Below, piece after piece: positions 42,628 to 55,136 of a stretch of DNA of 64,000 nucleotides. A program made the position numbers and the translations under genes. The DNA lies in the NCBI GenBank assembly GCA_965213685.1, contig CBDBZY010000064.1, positions 64,001 through 128,000 on the forward strand. Direction: 5' to 3'. Source of the DNA: a bacterium (lineage in GTDB: Bacteria > UBA8248). The notes beneath the pieces are model-generated. The model ran no database searches and was not told the DNA's origin. It saw only the letters and a list, made by a program, of their open reading frames with translations. Each line of letters begins with the position of its first letter. The first letter of the stretch is position 1.

Positions 42628-42943
42628 TAAACACACAGGCTTCTAAACATGTATGTGTACTAAAGCACCATTTCATAAAATGAACATGAACTAATTTACG
42701 TGTTGCATTTACTGTTGAAACAGAACTTCTGGATTACTATGCATAATATGTAATATCTCCAAAATACAAACTACATATTATGTTCCGTAGCTGACCTAAA
42801 TCTTATATACAGTTCTGTGGAATTGCTAACAGTGGCTCACCTGATAAATTTGCACACTCGCACAGTACAGTAATGCCTTCAGTGAGCAGTGAGAGAGAGA
42901 GAGAGAGAGGGGGGGGGGGGGGGGGGGGAAGGTTGTCTCATCC

Positions 42944-43333
42944 GGCAGGACGACCATAAGACATGATTTTGCCTGATTTATGTTTTATTGTATTCTCCTA
43001 ATGATGTCTGTTAGCGAAATAACGTAGTTTTGCGTGATATGTCGGTTCATAGAATTATAAAATTTACGCAATATCCATATCGCTAATTATAGAAAAAAAA
43101 TTTGCCAATAACGGTTGCATGCTTAGTAATCATCCACCGAAGTTTCGTCTCTGCAGCATTAGCCGTTATTGGCAAATTTTTTTCTATAATTAGCGATATG
43201 CATATTGCGTAAATTTTATAATTCTATGAACCGACATATCACGCAAAACTACGTTATTTCGCTAGCAGGCATCATTAGGAGAATACAATAAAACAAAAAT
43301 CAGGCAAAATCATGTCTTAGGGTCGTCCTGCCT
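42944..43333. mobile_element. Palindromic (foldback) MITE ending at TTAA
   Basis: ~170-bp near-perfect arms ggcaggacgacc... / ...ggtcgtcctgcc; spacer and right arm recur at 60487-60701. Confidence 0.85.
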
Positions 43334-46300
43334 TTAAGAGATTTTTTTCAAACGGCCTACGTCAAAAGTGGCAGAAGTTATAACCGTGATTTTTCCACCA
43401 GTCGCTTTCATTCCTGTGTGCGCAGTGCCTTTTCCTGGCAGATCAGTCGTATCTTTCGGTTTTGACCTGGTGGAACTGAGAGTTCCAGCTACGTGTAAAG
43501 GCCATTGGACGCCATTAACGTTGCACCACGTGACGTTGAAGGTGACGTAATTTAATTGCTTACCCGCAATGTATTATAAATGTGCGTGGATCATACCCCG
43601 GCAGCAGTTTTGTCTTCTGTTTGGAGTTGTTCGTACCCGTTTCTCTACGTATTTGTTGACAGGTCGTGTGTACCATCTATCGCAACTGTCATTCCGCAAC
43701 TGTCATTTCGCTGAGGGAACGCGTCAAGACGAGGCCTGTTTGCGAGCCTACGATCATCCTTTTCATGCCCCTCGCTGGAGACCTTTTCCGATTCCTGCGT
43801 AAGTGAGAATGTAATGGTACACTCTCGTTTTCAATGGGTACTCGGTGATAGTCGTTTGTTACCGACAATTTATTTTATAGTCCGTCGAGTTCATCTCTTC
43901 CCGTTGGACACGTTTGTGGAGTTCCACAACGTAAGTTACAAGTATATACATGTCCATTATATAATATGATTGTTCATGTACACTGTACGTATTCAGTGAA
44001 TACTGATTGCTACACTTCTGACACTGACAGTGAGCCAATCAAGTCCATCAAGTCCATCTTCTGGTTGGGGTCTTGAAGTTGTGTGCAGCATCCCAGCCCT
44101 TCCTGACTATTTTGTCACAACCACCAAACCCTTCCCTACTGTTTTCTATTGTCTGTGAAAGCCCTGAAAGATAAATTGGAATACAAAGTAGTTTAAACGT
44201 GTGTGTAACAGACAAAGTTTGGGAAAGTTTCATTATGCCCACTTTGCAACGAAAAAAGAGGGCTTATCAGAAAATCCACTACAGAGAAAATGCAAACATA
44301 CAGCATGCAGAGCGTGGAAATCAGGCTACATACAATAAAACCTACTATGCTAAAAATTCAGAGAAATTGGAGAGCATGGCAAGGGGTGCTGCTAGGGCCC
44401 AGTATAGAGCGAACCCTCATAAGAAAAAGGCTTCAGCTAGGGCCCAGTACACAGCTGCACCCAACAAAAAAAAGGCTGCTGCTAGGGTTGCATCTCGCAT
44501 TTGTTATGCCAAAAATTACAATGCGAAACTAAAGTCATTTCGAAAATACTATGTTGATAACAAAAAAGATATATGCCTAGCTTGGAAAGCTAGGTACGTG
44601 TTGTCACCACCCAAGCCTGATGTAAGAGATCTATTTGAAGAATATACAGGGGAATTTATTGGGTGATTTTGGAGCTAGATCTGAACTTATGACAGCTTTC
44701 AAAAAGCTGCATAATGCTGACGATATAAAAAACCCTGTGTGCATGAAAGTTGTCTGTAGAATAGCAGCAAGGAGGCTGCTAAATAAGGCCTTGCAAATGC
44801 ACAAGGAGCATGCTGGCTGTCTCCTGAAGAGCATTAGAACTGTAAGGTCTCTTCAGGTTAAAGGAAGGCAGGATTTTGGTAAGGGATGTCATACCATGGG
44901 AACCGAGTACTTCTATGACTCATCTTACCAGCTGGTACAGAGAGATTTTGCCATACTCATTAACGACGCTGGTCAGTGTATTGTAGCTAATGAGATTGAT
45001 CCAGAGGAGGGCAGCAAGGGGATCAAAATGTGGGAGTGTTCCTGTGAGTGTAAACAGTTGACAGATGCAGAAGTTGCTGCAATTATTTCCTTCAGGGCAG
45101 CATTTGATGCACAAATGCAGGACCTTAGGCATGCCCTAGAAACCTGTGATGATGGTTGTGCACTAAGGTGCTGGAGCTTGCCCCTACTCGGGTGGAACTC
45201 ATGGATGATGGAAGACTTACAGATTATTGCCCTGTTCCCCTACAAGGTCATCCCTTGGTTTGCTCTAACCACAGTGGTTGCCAAAGTAAACTGAGGGTTC
45301 TAAGGGCAGTCTCAACCCATTACCCTGTGTTGAGAAAGTTCTTGCGTCAACTGTCCAGTGCTAGAACAAGCCATAGGTGTATATTTGACATTGACATGGC
45401 TCTGTGTGCTGGTCAGTATAGTAGGCTAATGGAGATCACCCAGAGTAATGGGTTTGGAAGCTTGATCAGTAATGATGTTGAAGCAAGCTATGAACAATGC
45501 ACAGATGTGGCAGATGATCAGTCCTTAGGCAGCCTAACCTAGAGGCACAGCCTTTGATCACTCATGCAGAGCTGATTAGTCAGCTCGAGAATGAGGTACA
45601 GGACTTTCCAGAGCATGCTTGCTGTAGCTGTGAGAGGTTGCACCAAAGGAAAAGTTTGACTAGAGTCAACCTGTCTGATGAGCTCAGCCATGATGTGTGG
45701 CCTCAGTTGAAGAGCTATATATTAGAGCAAACCCCAGATGCTGGTGACCATGTTCTGTTTATGTGTAAATACTGTAGGCATATGATTAAGCAGAACAAGT
45801 TTCCAGCTCGATGTGTTATCAATGGATTGCAGGTTGTTCCAATGCCACCTGAACTAAGTGCATTGGACTCATTGAGCATACAGCTAATCCAACGAGCAAA
45901 ATGCTATCAAACCATTGTTAGATTGGGTACATACACTGGTAAGGTCCCCATCTATAACTCCCTTAAAGCCTGTAAAGGTACAGTGTTTTTTCTACCTCTA
46001 CCACTGAACAAGACACTTGAAACTCTGGATCAGGTAATGCATGATGATTCTACCCTACCTGAGCCAGAGTTATACATCATTGTGAATGGTAGACCAACCA
46101 AGAGCAAAGTTGTGTGGCATAGTTTGGTTGATGTGAACAAAGTACAAGCAGCCATAGCAAAATTGAGGTGCATTAATTGGCTCTACAAGGACATGAGTCA
46201 AGGGTCAGTTGATACAGCAACACAGCACATTATAGAGGTTTCTAATGATCTAGTACCTCTGTGCTGGAGAAGGCTACCAAGGATGATCTTGCAGAATTTC

Positions 46301-49300
46301 AGGCCTTCACTATCAGAAATTTAGATAGCAAGCTGTCAACTAAATCTGACATAGAGCAGTACAAATTGCTCAGTGTCACAGAAGATCCTATTGATAATAG
46401 GCAGCAATATCTTGATGTAATGTGCTTTCCAGTACTCTTTCCGACTGGAAAGTTTGGTGAGTTTCACCCCAGGCAAGAGAAGCTTTCTCATAGTGAATAC
46501 ATAAAGTCTAGGTTACTGAATAGAGATTCACGTTTCCGTAAAGCTCCACAGTATGTATTCTATCTCCTGTGGCAGAAGGAAATGAGAGAGCTCTCTGCTG
46601 GTGTTTACAACCTCCTGAAAACTACAAGAAGGTGTCCCATGTCAGTTAGTATGTTCTTAGATAGTGTAGAAGCTTCTAATGAGCATCTTGAGGCAAATTT
46701 ATCCACAATGCTTCAGTCAGTGCATGGTACAAAACAGCACTGGTTCTTAAGGCAGAGTGAACTGAAATGCATGATTCGTGAGTGGGGTTCACCTACTCTG
46801 TTTCTAACATTTAGCTGTGCTGAATATGAGTCTCCTGACATCACTGAGTTTCTCAGGAGAGTGAATGATGTTTCCTCAGGATATAATATTGGGAAACTTT
46901 GCACAGAAGATCCCATATCTGTCTCTAGACAGTTTTCCTTAAAGTTCCATGCTTTCTTTCATATTGTTCTATACTGAAGGGTGAGGTTCTTGGTAAAGTA
47001 GATCACTTCTACTGGAAGGAGTACCAAGCTCGTGGGGCTCCTCATTATCATGTGTTACTGTGGATAAGAGATGCCCCTGCCATAGGTAGAGATGATCCTG
47101 ACCAAGTGGTTGCATGGATTCAGGACAGAATCACTTGTCACATTCCTGATAAGGATTCTAATCCTGAATTACATGGGCTAGTCACTAGGTACCAGCTTCA
47201 CAAATGTAGCAAATATTGTAAGCGGCGAAAGAAGTGTGGTAAGCACACCTTTATCACTAGATGCCGCTTTGGATTTCCTCGCCAGGCATGTGATAGTGCT
47301 AAGCTGAATCCTGTGCAACAGAGCTTGAAGTCACGTAGTAGAATCTACCAGCTAAAGCGCATGGATTCAGAGGTGAGAGTGAATGACTACAATCCTTTGT
47401 TGCTAATGCTATGGAAAGCTAACATAGACATTCAGTTTGTAGCAGAATCCTCACTGGCACTTGCTCACTATGTCAGTGGTTATGTCACTAAGGCAGAGCG
47501 TAGTAACAGGCAAGAGATCTGGCAAGAGGTTAGTGAGAATAAAAGCATTTACAGCCGCCTCTGGAGCTTTGGTATGAGGAGCTTACGCTTTCGTGAGTGT
47601 GGTCTCTATGAAGCTAGTGACCTATTACTTGGTGACCATCTCAGTGAGAAATCTGACACTGTTAAGTGGTTAGATGTATCCATGCCTCATAAGAGAAGCC
47701 GTCGGCTGAAGGATCACAGAGTGTTGAAAGTGATTGCTGAACATAATCCAGATACTGAGGACATCTTTGAGGATAACCTTATTGATACCTTTTATCCTCA
47801 GAGACCTCAGGAACTGGAAGATGTTTGTCTCTACGACTTTGTAGCAAACTATGATTGGCAAGGTCGAGATGATCAGGGCAAAAGGAAGTACAAGAGGCTT
47901 ACAAAAGCACAGCTTCCCAACCACAAACTTTTTGATCCAGAAAATGTCAACCAAAGGGACGAGTATTACTATTCCCTAGTACTTCTGTTCTGTCCATTCA
48001 GGGATGAGAGTACCCTCCTTCATGAAAATGAAATGCCTGAACAAGCATTTCACAGATTGGTAACTAGCCAAAGTTCTAATTGCCATGCCAAACTTCAGGT
48101 CATGTTGGCTGCTCGCTCTAATGTAAAACAGATCAATGAAGCCAGACAGGCTGATGGTGAAGAAGACAAAATGAGCAAGGAAGATGATGACCCGCAGTTG
48201 CTTGGTGAAGCCAAAACAGCTATGCATGATGTATTCAACATGAATGCCATCACATGTAATGATTTCACATTAGAAGAGAGGGTAGCCATGCTCAATGCTG
48301 ATCAGAGGCGTATCTTCGAAAACGTCAAGGCTCACCACCTTCATCAGCAATGTCATGAAACCAGAGAATGTGAGTGTGATCTCAAACCACTTCACGTGTT
48401 TGTCAGTGGTGTAGGAGGCACTGGCAAACCATTTTTAATAGAAGCGATCAAGGCTTGGGTTAGCAGCACTTGGTCATTAGATTGTTTGACATGTGCTATA
48501 GCAGCACCAACTGGTTTGGCTGCTTTCAATGTAGGTGGTATTACCATTCACAGGCTATTCCAACTGCCTGTTGAGCATGAGGGTAAAAGTGCTACATATT
48601 GGTCTCTTCCCAAACCCTCACAAAAGGTGATGAAAAACACACTTTGTCATGTGAAAATATTCATCATTGATGAAGTTTCCATGGTCTCCAGTCTCAACTT
48701 GGCATACATTCACATGAGACTGGAGGAACTGTTTGGTGGGGGGGAATGGTTTGGATCAAGAAATGTGCTCTTTGTAGGTGACCTACTTCAACTGCAGCCA
48801 GTTAGTGGCAATCCTGTATTTGAAAGGATTGCCACTAAATCACTGCTTTTCAAACTTGGCTGTGCAACATCTGTGAACATTTGGAAAGAGTCGCTCATTT
48901 ATGAGGAACTAACAATCAATGAGTGGCAAATAAAAGATGAAGAGTTTTCATTGATGTTGGACTGTGTTAGGCATGGTTGTCCAACAGAGGAGACTCTTTG
49001 TACACTAAAGCAACGAGTCATAGAGGTGTCGGTTTCAGATAAGTTCAGTGAGCTTCAGCAGTTGGGTCAGACACCTGTTTGCCTGTTCCCGACTAGGAAA
49101 TCCTGTGATGACTTCAATGCTAAGATGCTTAAACATCTCACTTCTGAAGTACATGACCTCATGTGTACGGATGAAATAGACGAAAGTGCAAGTACACATG
49201 AGTGGAGCAAAAAAGCAGCTGAGAGCTTAGAAAAACTTAACAAAGACTGTAACATGACAGCTGGGTTGGAGGCCAAGCTTTCACTAGCAGTAGGTGCACA

Positions 49301-52300
49301 AGAGTCATGTTACGTCGCAATATTGACACCAAGGCTGGACTGGTGAATGGTGCCCTTGGCACTGTTTTGTCAATTACATTAACCAGTGTAACAGTTCAGT
49401 TTGATCACATACATCACCCTCATAACGTAGAAAGGGTGAAAAGCAGATTTATGGTAATGAAAAATTTTTACATCTACAGAAGACAGTTTCCACTAATCCT
49501 TGCTTATGCTATTACCATTCATAAATGCCAGGGTTTGTCACTAGACTGTGCCATAGTAGACCTGTCTGACCAGGTGTTTAGTCCTGGAATGGCCTATGTA
49601 GCACTGTCTAGAGTCCGATCTCTTTGTGGACTATACCTATCAGTATTTGATTCCAAATCAGTGATGGTTAGTCCAAAGTGTATAGGAGAAATTAACCGAC
49701 TAAGGAAAGCCTTTAGAAGTGATCTCCCACTGTATGCCATGCCCCTTGAACGCGCTAAAACTAAGCGTAAACTCACTGCTACTAGCCAGCATGATGAGCC
49801 TAAGCCAAAGAAATGCAAATATGAACCCCAGTCACTTTTGAGGCCACACAAAATTAAAAGGAAACGAGCATGTACAGGTGAAGATGAGGCCCCAGCTAAG
49901 AGAGTACATTGTGATCAGGACTGTGCATTTCTGCTGGAGGAACCATGTCCATATAAGTTCAACCCAGTTGGTGAGGTATGGCAGTGCAGTGTTAGTGCCA
50001 TGCTGGACCTTCAGTTTGTTAGGAAAACCAGAGTGAGGCCAGGGGGCCCAAATGTACCCCTGACACCTCCTGACATGCATACAGTGAAGCACATCACAGG
50101 AGATGGTAATTGTCTATTCCGCTCCTTTGCATACATAATGACTGGGTCTGAGGACCAACACATGGCTGTTCGCACTGCTATTCTACAACATATGATCAAT
50201 GTTGGTCATTTCATTCTTGGTCATCATGTGCTGAACTACTCCAGTATTCAAGATTACATTGCAGATACAAATATGGACAGAGAATCAGCCTGGGGTACTG
50301 ACATTGAAATGCTTACTCTAGCACACTTACTACAAACTCCTATTCTATCATATAGTGCACAGGATAGACGATGGAGCAAATATGCTGCTCATGATTTAGA
50401 CAGAACATTGAATCATGATGTGACACAAATGTCCATGTATCTGCTGTATAGATACAACCATTTTGAGGTTGTATGCTCAGTACGTAAATAAACAGTTTGT
50501 CACCATATTCAAAACAAGAAACATGCAACACATCCTTGCATAGGGTACTTTCTAGATCAAAAGTGTGAGGTGAAAAGTGCAACAATGATCACAGACATTG
50601 TGTGAGGGGGGGAAAGGGGAGGGAAATTACATATGGTTCCCCCATACTACAGAACAAATATGAAGCAATCAATGTGGCTTCATCAGTCATGTGTGTCCAT
50701 GTATGTGCTTTAATGAGTATTCGGTGCCTACCTGATGACACATTCATCTCCAATGTACATTTATATTTTACATATACATTGTTATCAGGATGCTCTGTGG
50801 CACTTACAGTGACCTCGGGCTCATGCAACCCTCACATACAGAATGCAGCTAAGTGACAAATGCCCAGCACTGCTGTCACCTAGTTCCACATCATAAGTCT
50901 GAGGTATGCCACCTCACAGATCTGCTTACACTTCAAAAATTCTGTCAAGACTGAGTACAGTCAGTTCACACCTTTTGGATGCTGCAGCTAGAGATTCAAT
51001 GTCACTGTACCTCATTTGGATGCTGCATTTCAGAGTGAACTCAGCTTGCACATCCTTCAAATGGATAGTGCAGCACAGCCACATTGCCCTTTAAATGTGA
51101 GGTACTCCCAATGGTGACTATATTTATCTAGTTTGCACATCCATAGGAGAGTGGTTCTGGCTTGTCTCAGCTCACACGTGTGTGGTGACTATACCACCAC
51201 ACTCCTAGAGCACCACAAGAGTGACCTTATACTCTGTGTGTGTGTACACCTGCCTGTGGGCCTGCCTGTCTAGATGAGCATGACATGGACACGTGCCTAG
51301 CACTGTCTCCCTAATGCTGCACTTCCAACTTGTGTACTTTGTCCTAGAGTCTGATGACTTGTGTGTACATGTCCAACTCCTCTTTCACTTCTCTTTCAGG
51401 TGTGCCCAAGGCTGTGTACAACTGGTTGAGGTCTTGGTCCCTATGTGTGCAGTGTCACCTTACACCGTAGCAGAAACTCCTCCCCTACCCTTTCCAGCAT
51501 CTGGCTTCTGGCATGTAGTTGCCAATTAAACTGCACTTGGGACTAGTCCAGGAGTCTGGGGGCTCTTGTGTGCCTATCTAACTCCTCCTTTTTCTCCTCT
51601 CTGTTAGGTGTCCCAAAGCCTGTGTGAGATCATGTCACTACCAAGTGGTTGAGATACTGTACCTAGTGTCAACTTACATGGGAGAGCATGAATTCCTCCC
51701 CCTACCCACTTCTAGCCTAGGGCTTCCTGCATGTGGTTACCATTAACACTGCACTTCCAACTGCTGAACCTAGTGACCCAGTCCTTGAGTCTGATGACTA
51801 TTGCCTCTTCCCCTCTCAGGATGTGGTGGAATGATGTCATCAGTCTGTGGCAAGCATCCTCCTGTGCAGTCATCACTGTTTCAAAGGTATATTTCAGGTG
51901 GGTACTACAGCTGCAATCTTCGGAGCACTTCCATCAATCAAGTACCTGTGACACATACAATATTTCCTCTACTTCTTCAGTCTTCCTTCACCCCTGTGTT
52001 TCACTGATGTTCTCCAGAGGTATATGTGCAATGAAGTCATCACCAGCAGGTAAGATAATCACTATAATTATACAATGTGAGCAGTGTCTAGTAGCTCACA
52101 TGGCTAATCATTGGTCTTTTATACTTCACAACCTCAGCCTGGCTGGATTTGGAGATCATTTCAAGAAGTTACAACTACAGGTATTTGTCATCACTCATGC
52201 AACTATTACCTTGTAATCCTTTCAGTATGTTCTATTTTCCTACCCTTGACACAGTCCTGTTGCCAAATATGCAAATACACCATAGAGCCCACTGTTCACT

Positions 52301-52640
52301 ACCAGATGCAATGAAGACAAAGATCACAATTTTCACAATTCAGACCTGACCATTTTTGTTAATCTTGGGAATGGCACATATTTCTGTTCCAAGTGTTTCT
52401 ATTTTTCTGTACACTTCCATCCCTACATCTTTTTTTTTTCAAGTGCAACCCTCTCATACCATAGCCTAGGTATACACAGTACTATCATGGAGAAAAAAGA
52501 TGTAGGGATGGGGTTACTTGTGTAGTCCTTGTATACCCTGTCTTGCCTGGACACTGCCACCACCATATCTAGTTTCTGTTGTTTTTGGCACTGCCATCCC
52601 TACATCCCTCAACATTTTTTGAAAATGTTTTTATTACTTG
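43334..52640 (+). mobile_element. Helitron-like element (5'-truncated, formerly autonomous)
   Basis: Contains the RepHel-OTU pseudogene; 43334-43395 resembles 28742-28805 and 52493-52640 matches the 3' terminus of the non-autonomous copies (..ttacttg^t). Confidence 0.8.
44236..50491 (+). pseudogene. Helitron RepHel transposase (DUF6570-like region, HUH Rep, PIF1 helicase, C-terminal OTU protease); frameshifted
   Basis: CCSCERL..CKYC zinc motif; CFPVLFPTG; PTLFLTFS; EYQARGAPHYH (~47018-47050); YVSGYVTK; GVGGTGK, IIDEVSMV, GDLLQLQPV, TIHKCQG, YVALSR; GDGNCLFRS..WG..NHF; about 6 frameshifts. Confidence 0.93.
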
Positions 52641-53030
52641 TATGATTATAACTAAAGAGCTTCGTGCACACAGAGAATGCAGTAGAAGTACTTACATGGT
52701 TATGCTGTGAAAGTACTGTCCTTTCATTGTTTGACAAACTGAATTATATTAGCTATGTAGCTATGTAGACAAACTCTAGTAAACACTGCCGGAACATCAT
52801 ACACCAAATCTTTCTTGCAGGACTCTTATACAAAGGCTCTACACTTCATTCAGAGCTATATACATGCTCCAGCATACATATATTAAATGACTGTTTGTAT
52901 ACCAGCCTCTAGAATGGTAGTGCCTAGTATTCCGCTCATGTGACATCTCAAATGCATGGCTGTTGAGTGGAACACTATACATGTAGCTTCAGAATTTACT
53001 GTACTTTAAAAATGATGTATAGTGCAGGCT

Positions 53031-54845
53031 TTAGATCGAACTTCCAGGACAACCACATTTACCACTAAACATCTCTGATGGCCTTCTATCATGTGTAGAT
53101 ATGCAACCTATGTCTGTAGCACTTTTGTTTACTGACTGAAGAAAGTCTTGTAGCTCTTGTTTCAACACTGGTACAAGGTCAGTGTGCTGGTGAGATATAT
53201 CAGTTGTTTCTTTAGGATCGGCTACCACATCATAAAGATTGACACTCTGTATGTTTCCTTTATTGTACTCAACAACAAATTTTTTGTGAGTCTCATAATA
53301 CTGCACCATAGAAAGATGAGTTTAAATCTCCTTTTTTAATGTGAAAGGCAAAAGCAATTGAACTATTGCGATGATTGACATCTCCTTTGAGAAATGGTAG
53401 GATAAAAACACCGTCTATTGGTCGATCTTGAGGAGGATCAATGCCAAGGATATCACACACAGTTGGTAGCAGGTCATTTGTCACCACAGGATAATTGGAC
53501 TTTCGATTGGCTTTAATCACTGCTGGCCATTCTAATATTGCAGGGACTCGAATACCACCTTCAAACACTGTCCCTTTCTCTCCTCTCAAACCAGCTGTAG
53601 AGCCTGGAGTGCCTTTCTGTGGGCCATTGTCACTTGAGAACCACACAAATGTGTTGTCCTTAATGCCATATGTTTTCAGTAAACCTCTGACTCTCCCTAT
53701 TGCTTGGTCCAGTTGCGATATAGCTCCATAGTAATGGGTAACATCTCTTGAGTAACCTTGTTTTCTGTACATAGTGTAGTAGGGATCAAGAGCATAGTAC
53801 ACACGATGCACTTCATGAAATGCAAGTATAACAAAAAATGGCTTTTCATTAGAATGCGATTCTTGAAGATATTTCTCAAACATGTCCACAATGAAATCTA
53901 AATCTCCAGCTATGACATCATTGTAGGCCTGCAATGTTTTTGACTCCATATCCATGTAGTGATAATCTCTGCAGGTTTTGTGTTGGTACTATCTCTTCTC
54001 AACAGTGCAATTGAAGTGTTCAGAGCATTGGCAGTTTGGTGCCACTGAGGATGTGTCTCTTTCACTTACTATAACCACTGGTCAAAACCATGCATGCCAG
54101 GATGCGGACACAGGCCACTTCTTGTTACCCCCTTCAATAACTTTCAAATCACCAACATGCCATTTCCCAAATATGGCAGTTTTGTAGCCTTCGTTCTTCA
54201 GAAGTTCAGGCAGTGTTACTTCAGAGGTAGGTAGCAGCATAGAACAGAGGCATTCGCCATCATTACATGGAACACCCACGTGCCAGATACAGTACCGATT
54301 GTGGTTACGTCCTGTCAACATGTAGAGGTGCCTCTGGTTGGTGAGCAAACAGGACCTCCCAAATAAAACCTCATTAGGAGGACACTGTTTGTTCCTCGGG
54401 CCATTTGGTTGAGATTTGGTGTCTTAGCCTTTCCTCCATTATACTCCACGTCACCATAGCCCAGGTCATCAGCTAATAAGTACAGAATATTTGGATGTTG
54501 CAATGGATTCTTGTGTCTGTTAAGTAGTGAAAAATTGTCCTCAAGAAAGTTAGGAAACCTATATTGTTTGTTCTTACTCTTCTCCTAAAAGTAGTGTCAT
54601 TGACATCTCCTAGGTAGTGAATGTTTGTCCTCTATAGGAAATCTAAATTGTTTCTCCACATTAGCTGATGTCATACTTGTGTTTGAAATCTTGTCTTTCT
54701 TGCTGTCTACACTTCTCATTAAAGTAATGCCATTGATATCTCCTAGTGTGCTGTACAACACAGATACTAAGATACCTACCACTACTGTCGCTAGTATTAT
54801 TGCCACTCTGAAATCTCCCACTTTCATAGTTTGGTGAGGAGACAC
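53031..54845 (-). pseudogene. Arylsulfatase (formylglycine-dependent S1 family) with N-terminal membrane anchor; frameshifted
   Basis: PNILYLLADDLGYGD, TPNL, CSPTR (CxPxR), [42 protein letters not shown]; pieces lie in different frames. Confidence 0.9.
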
Positions 54846-55136
54846 ACCTGCAGCTGTAGTACAGAAGGAAGGAACAATGCTAGGAAGTGATCTCTACACA
54901 AGCAGGGTATACAAATATATATAATGGGGTGTGTATAAGCAAAAGACATACAGGGTACTGACATAATTAACATTCCCTTTTATTTTGAGCCATCCACATA
55001 CAAAATGTAAGCAAACATGGGCTGTGTACAAGCATGGAACATGCCCTGCAACAATTCCATGGTAATTGGGGCGAGTCTGAGCGAGCCCCTCCTAGTCGCC
55101 TCAACGGCTGCGCTGTCTATATACATGTATATATAT

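Noticed and set aside
47052-50491. Host PIF1 helicase or viral replicase
   Set aside because: Fused to HUH Rep motifs, frameshifted, and bounded by repeated Helitron-like termini
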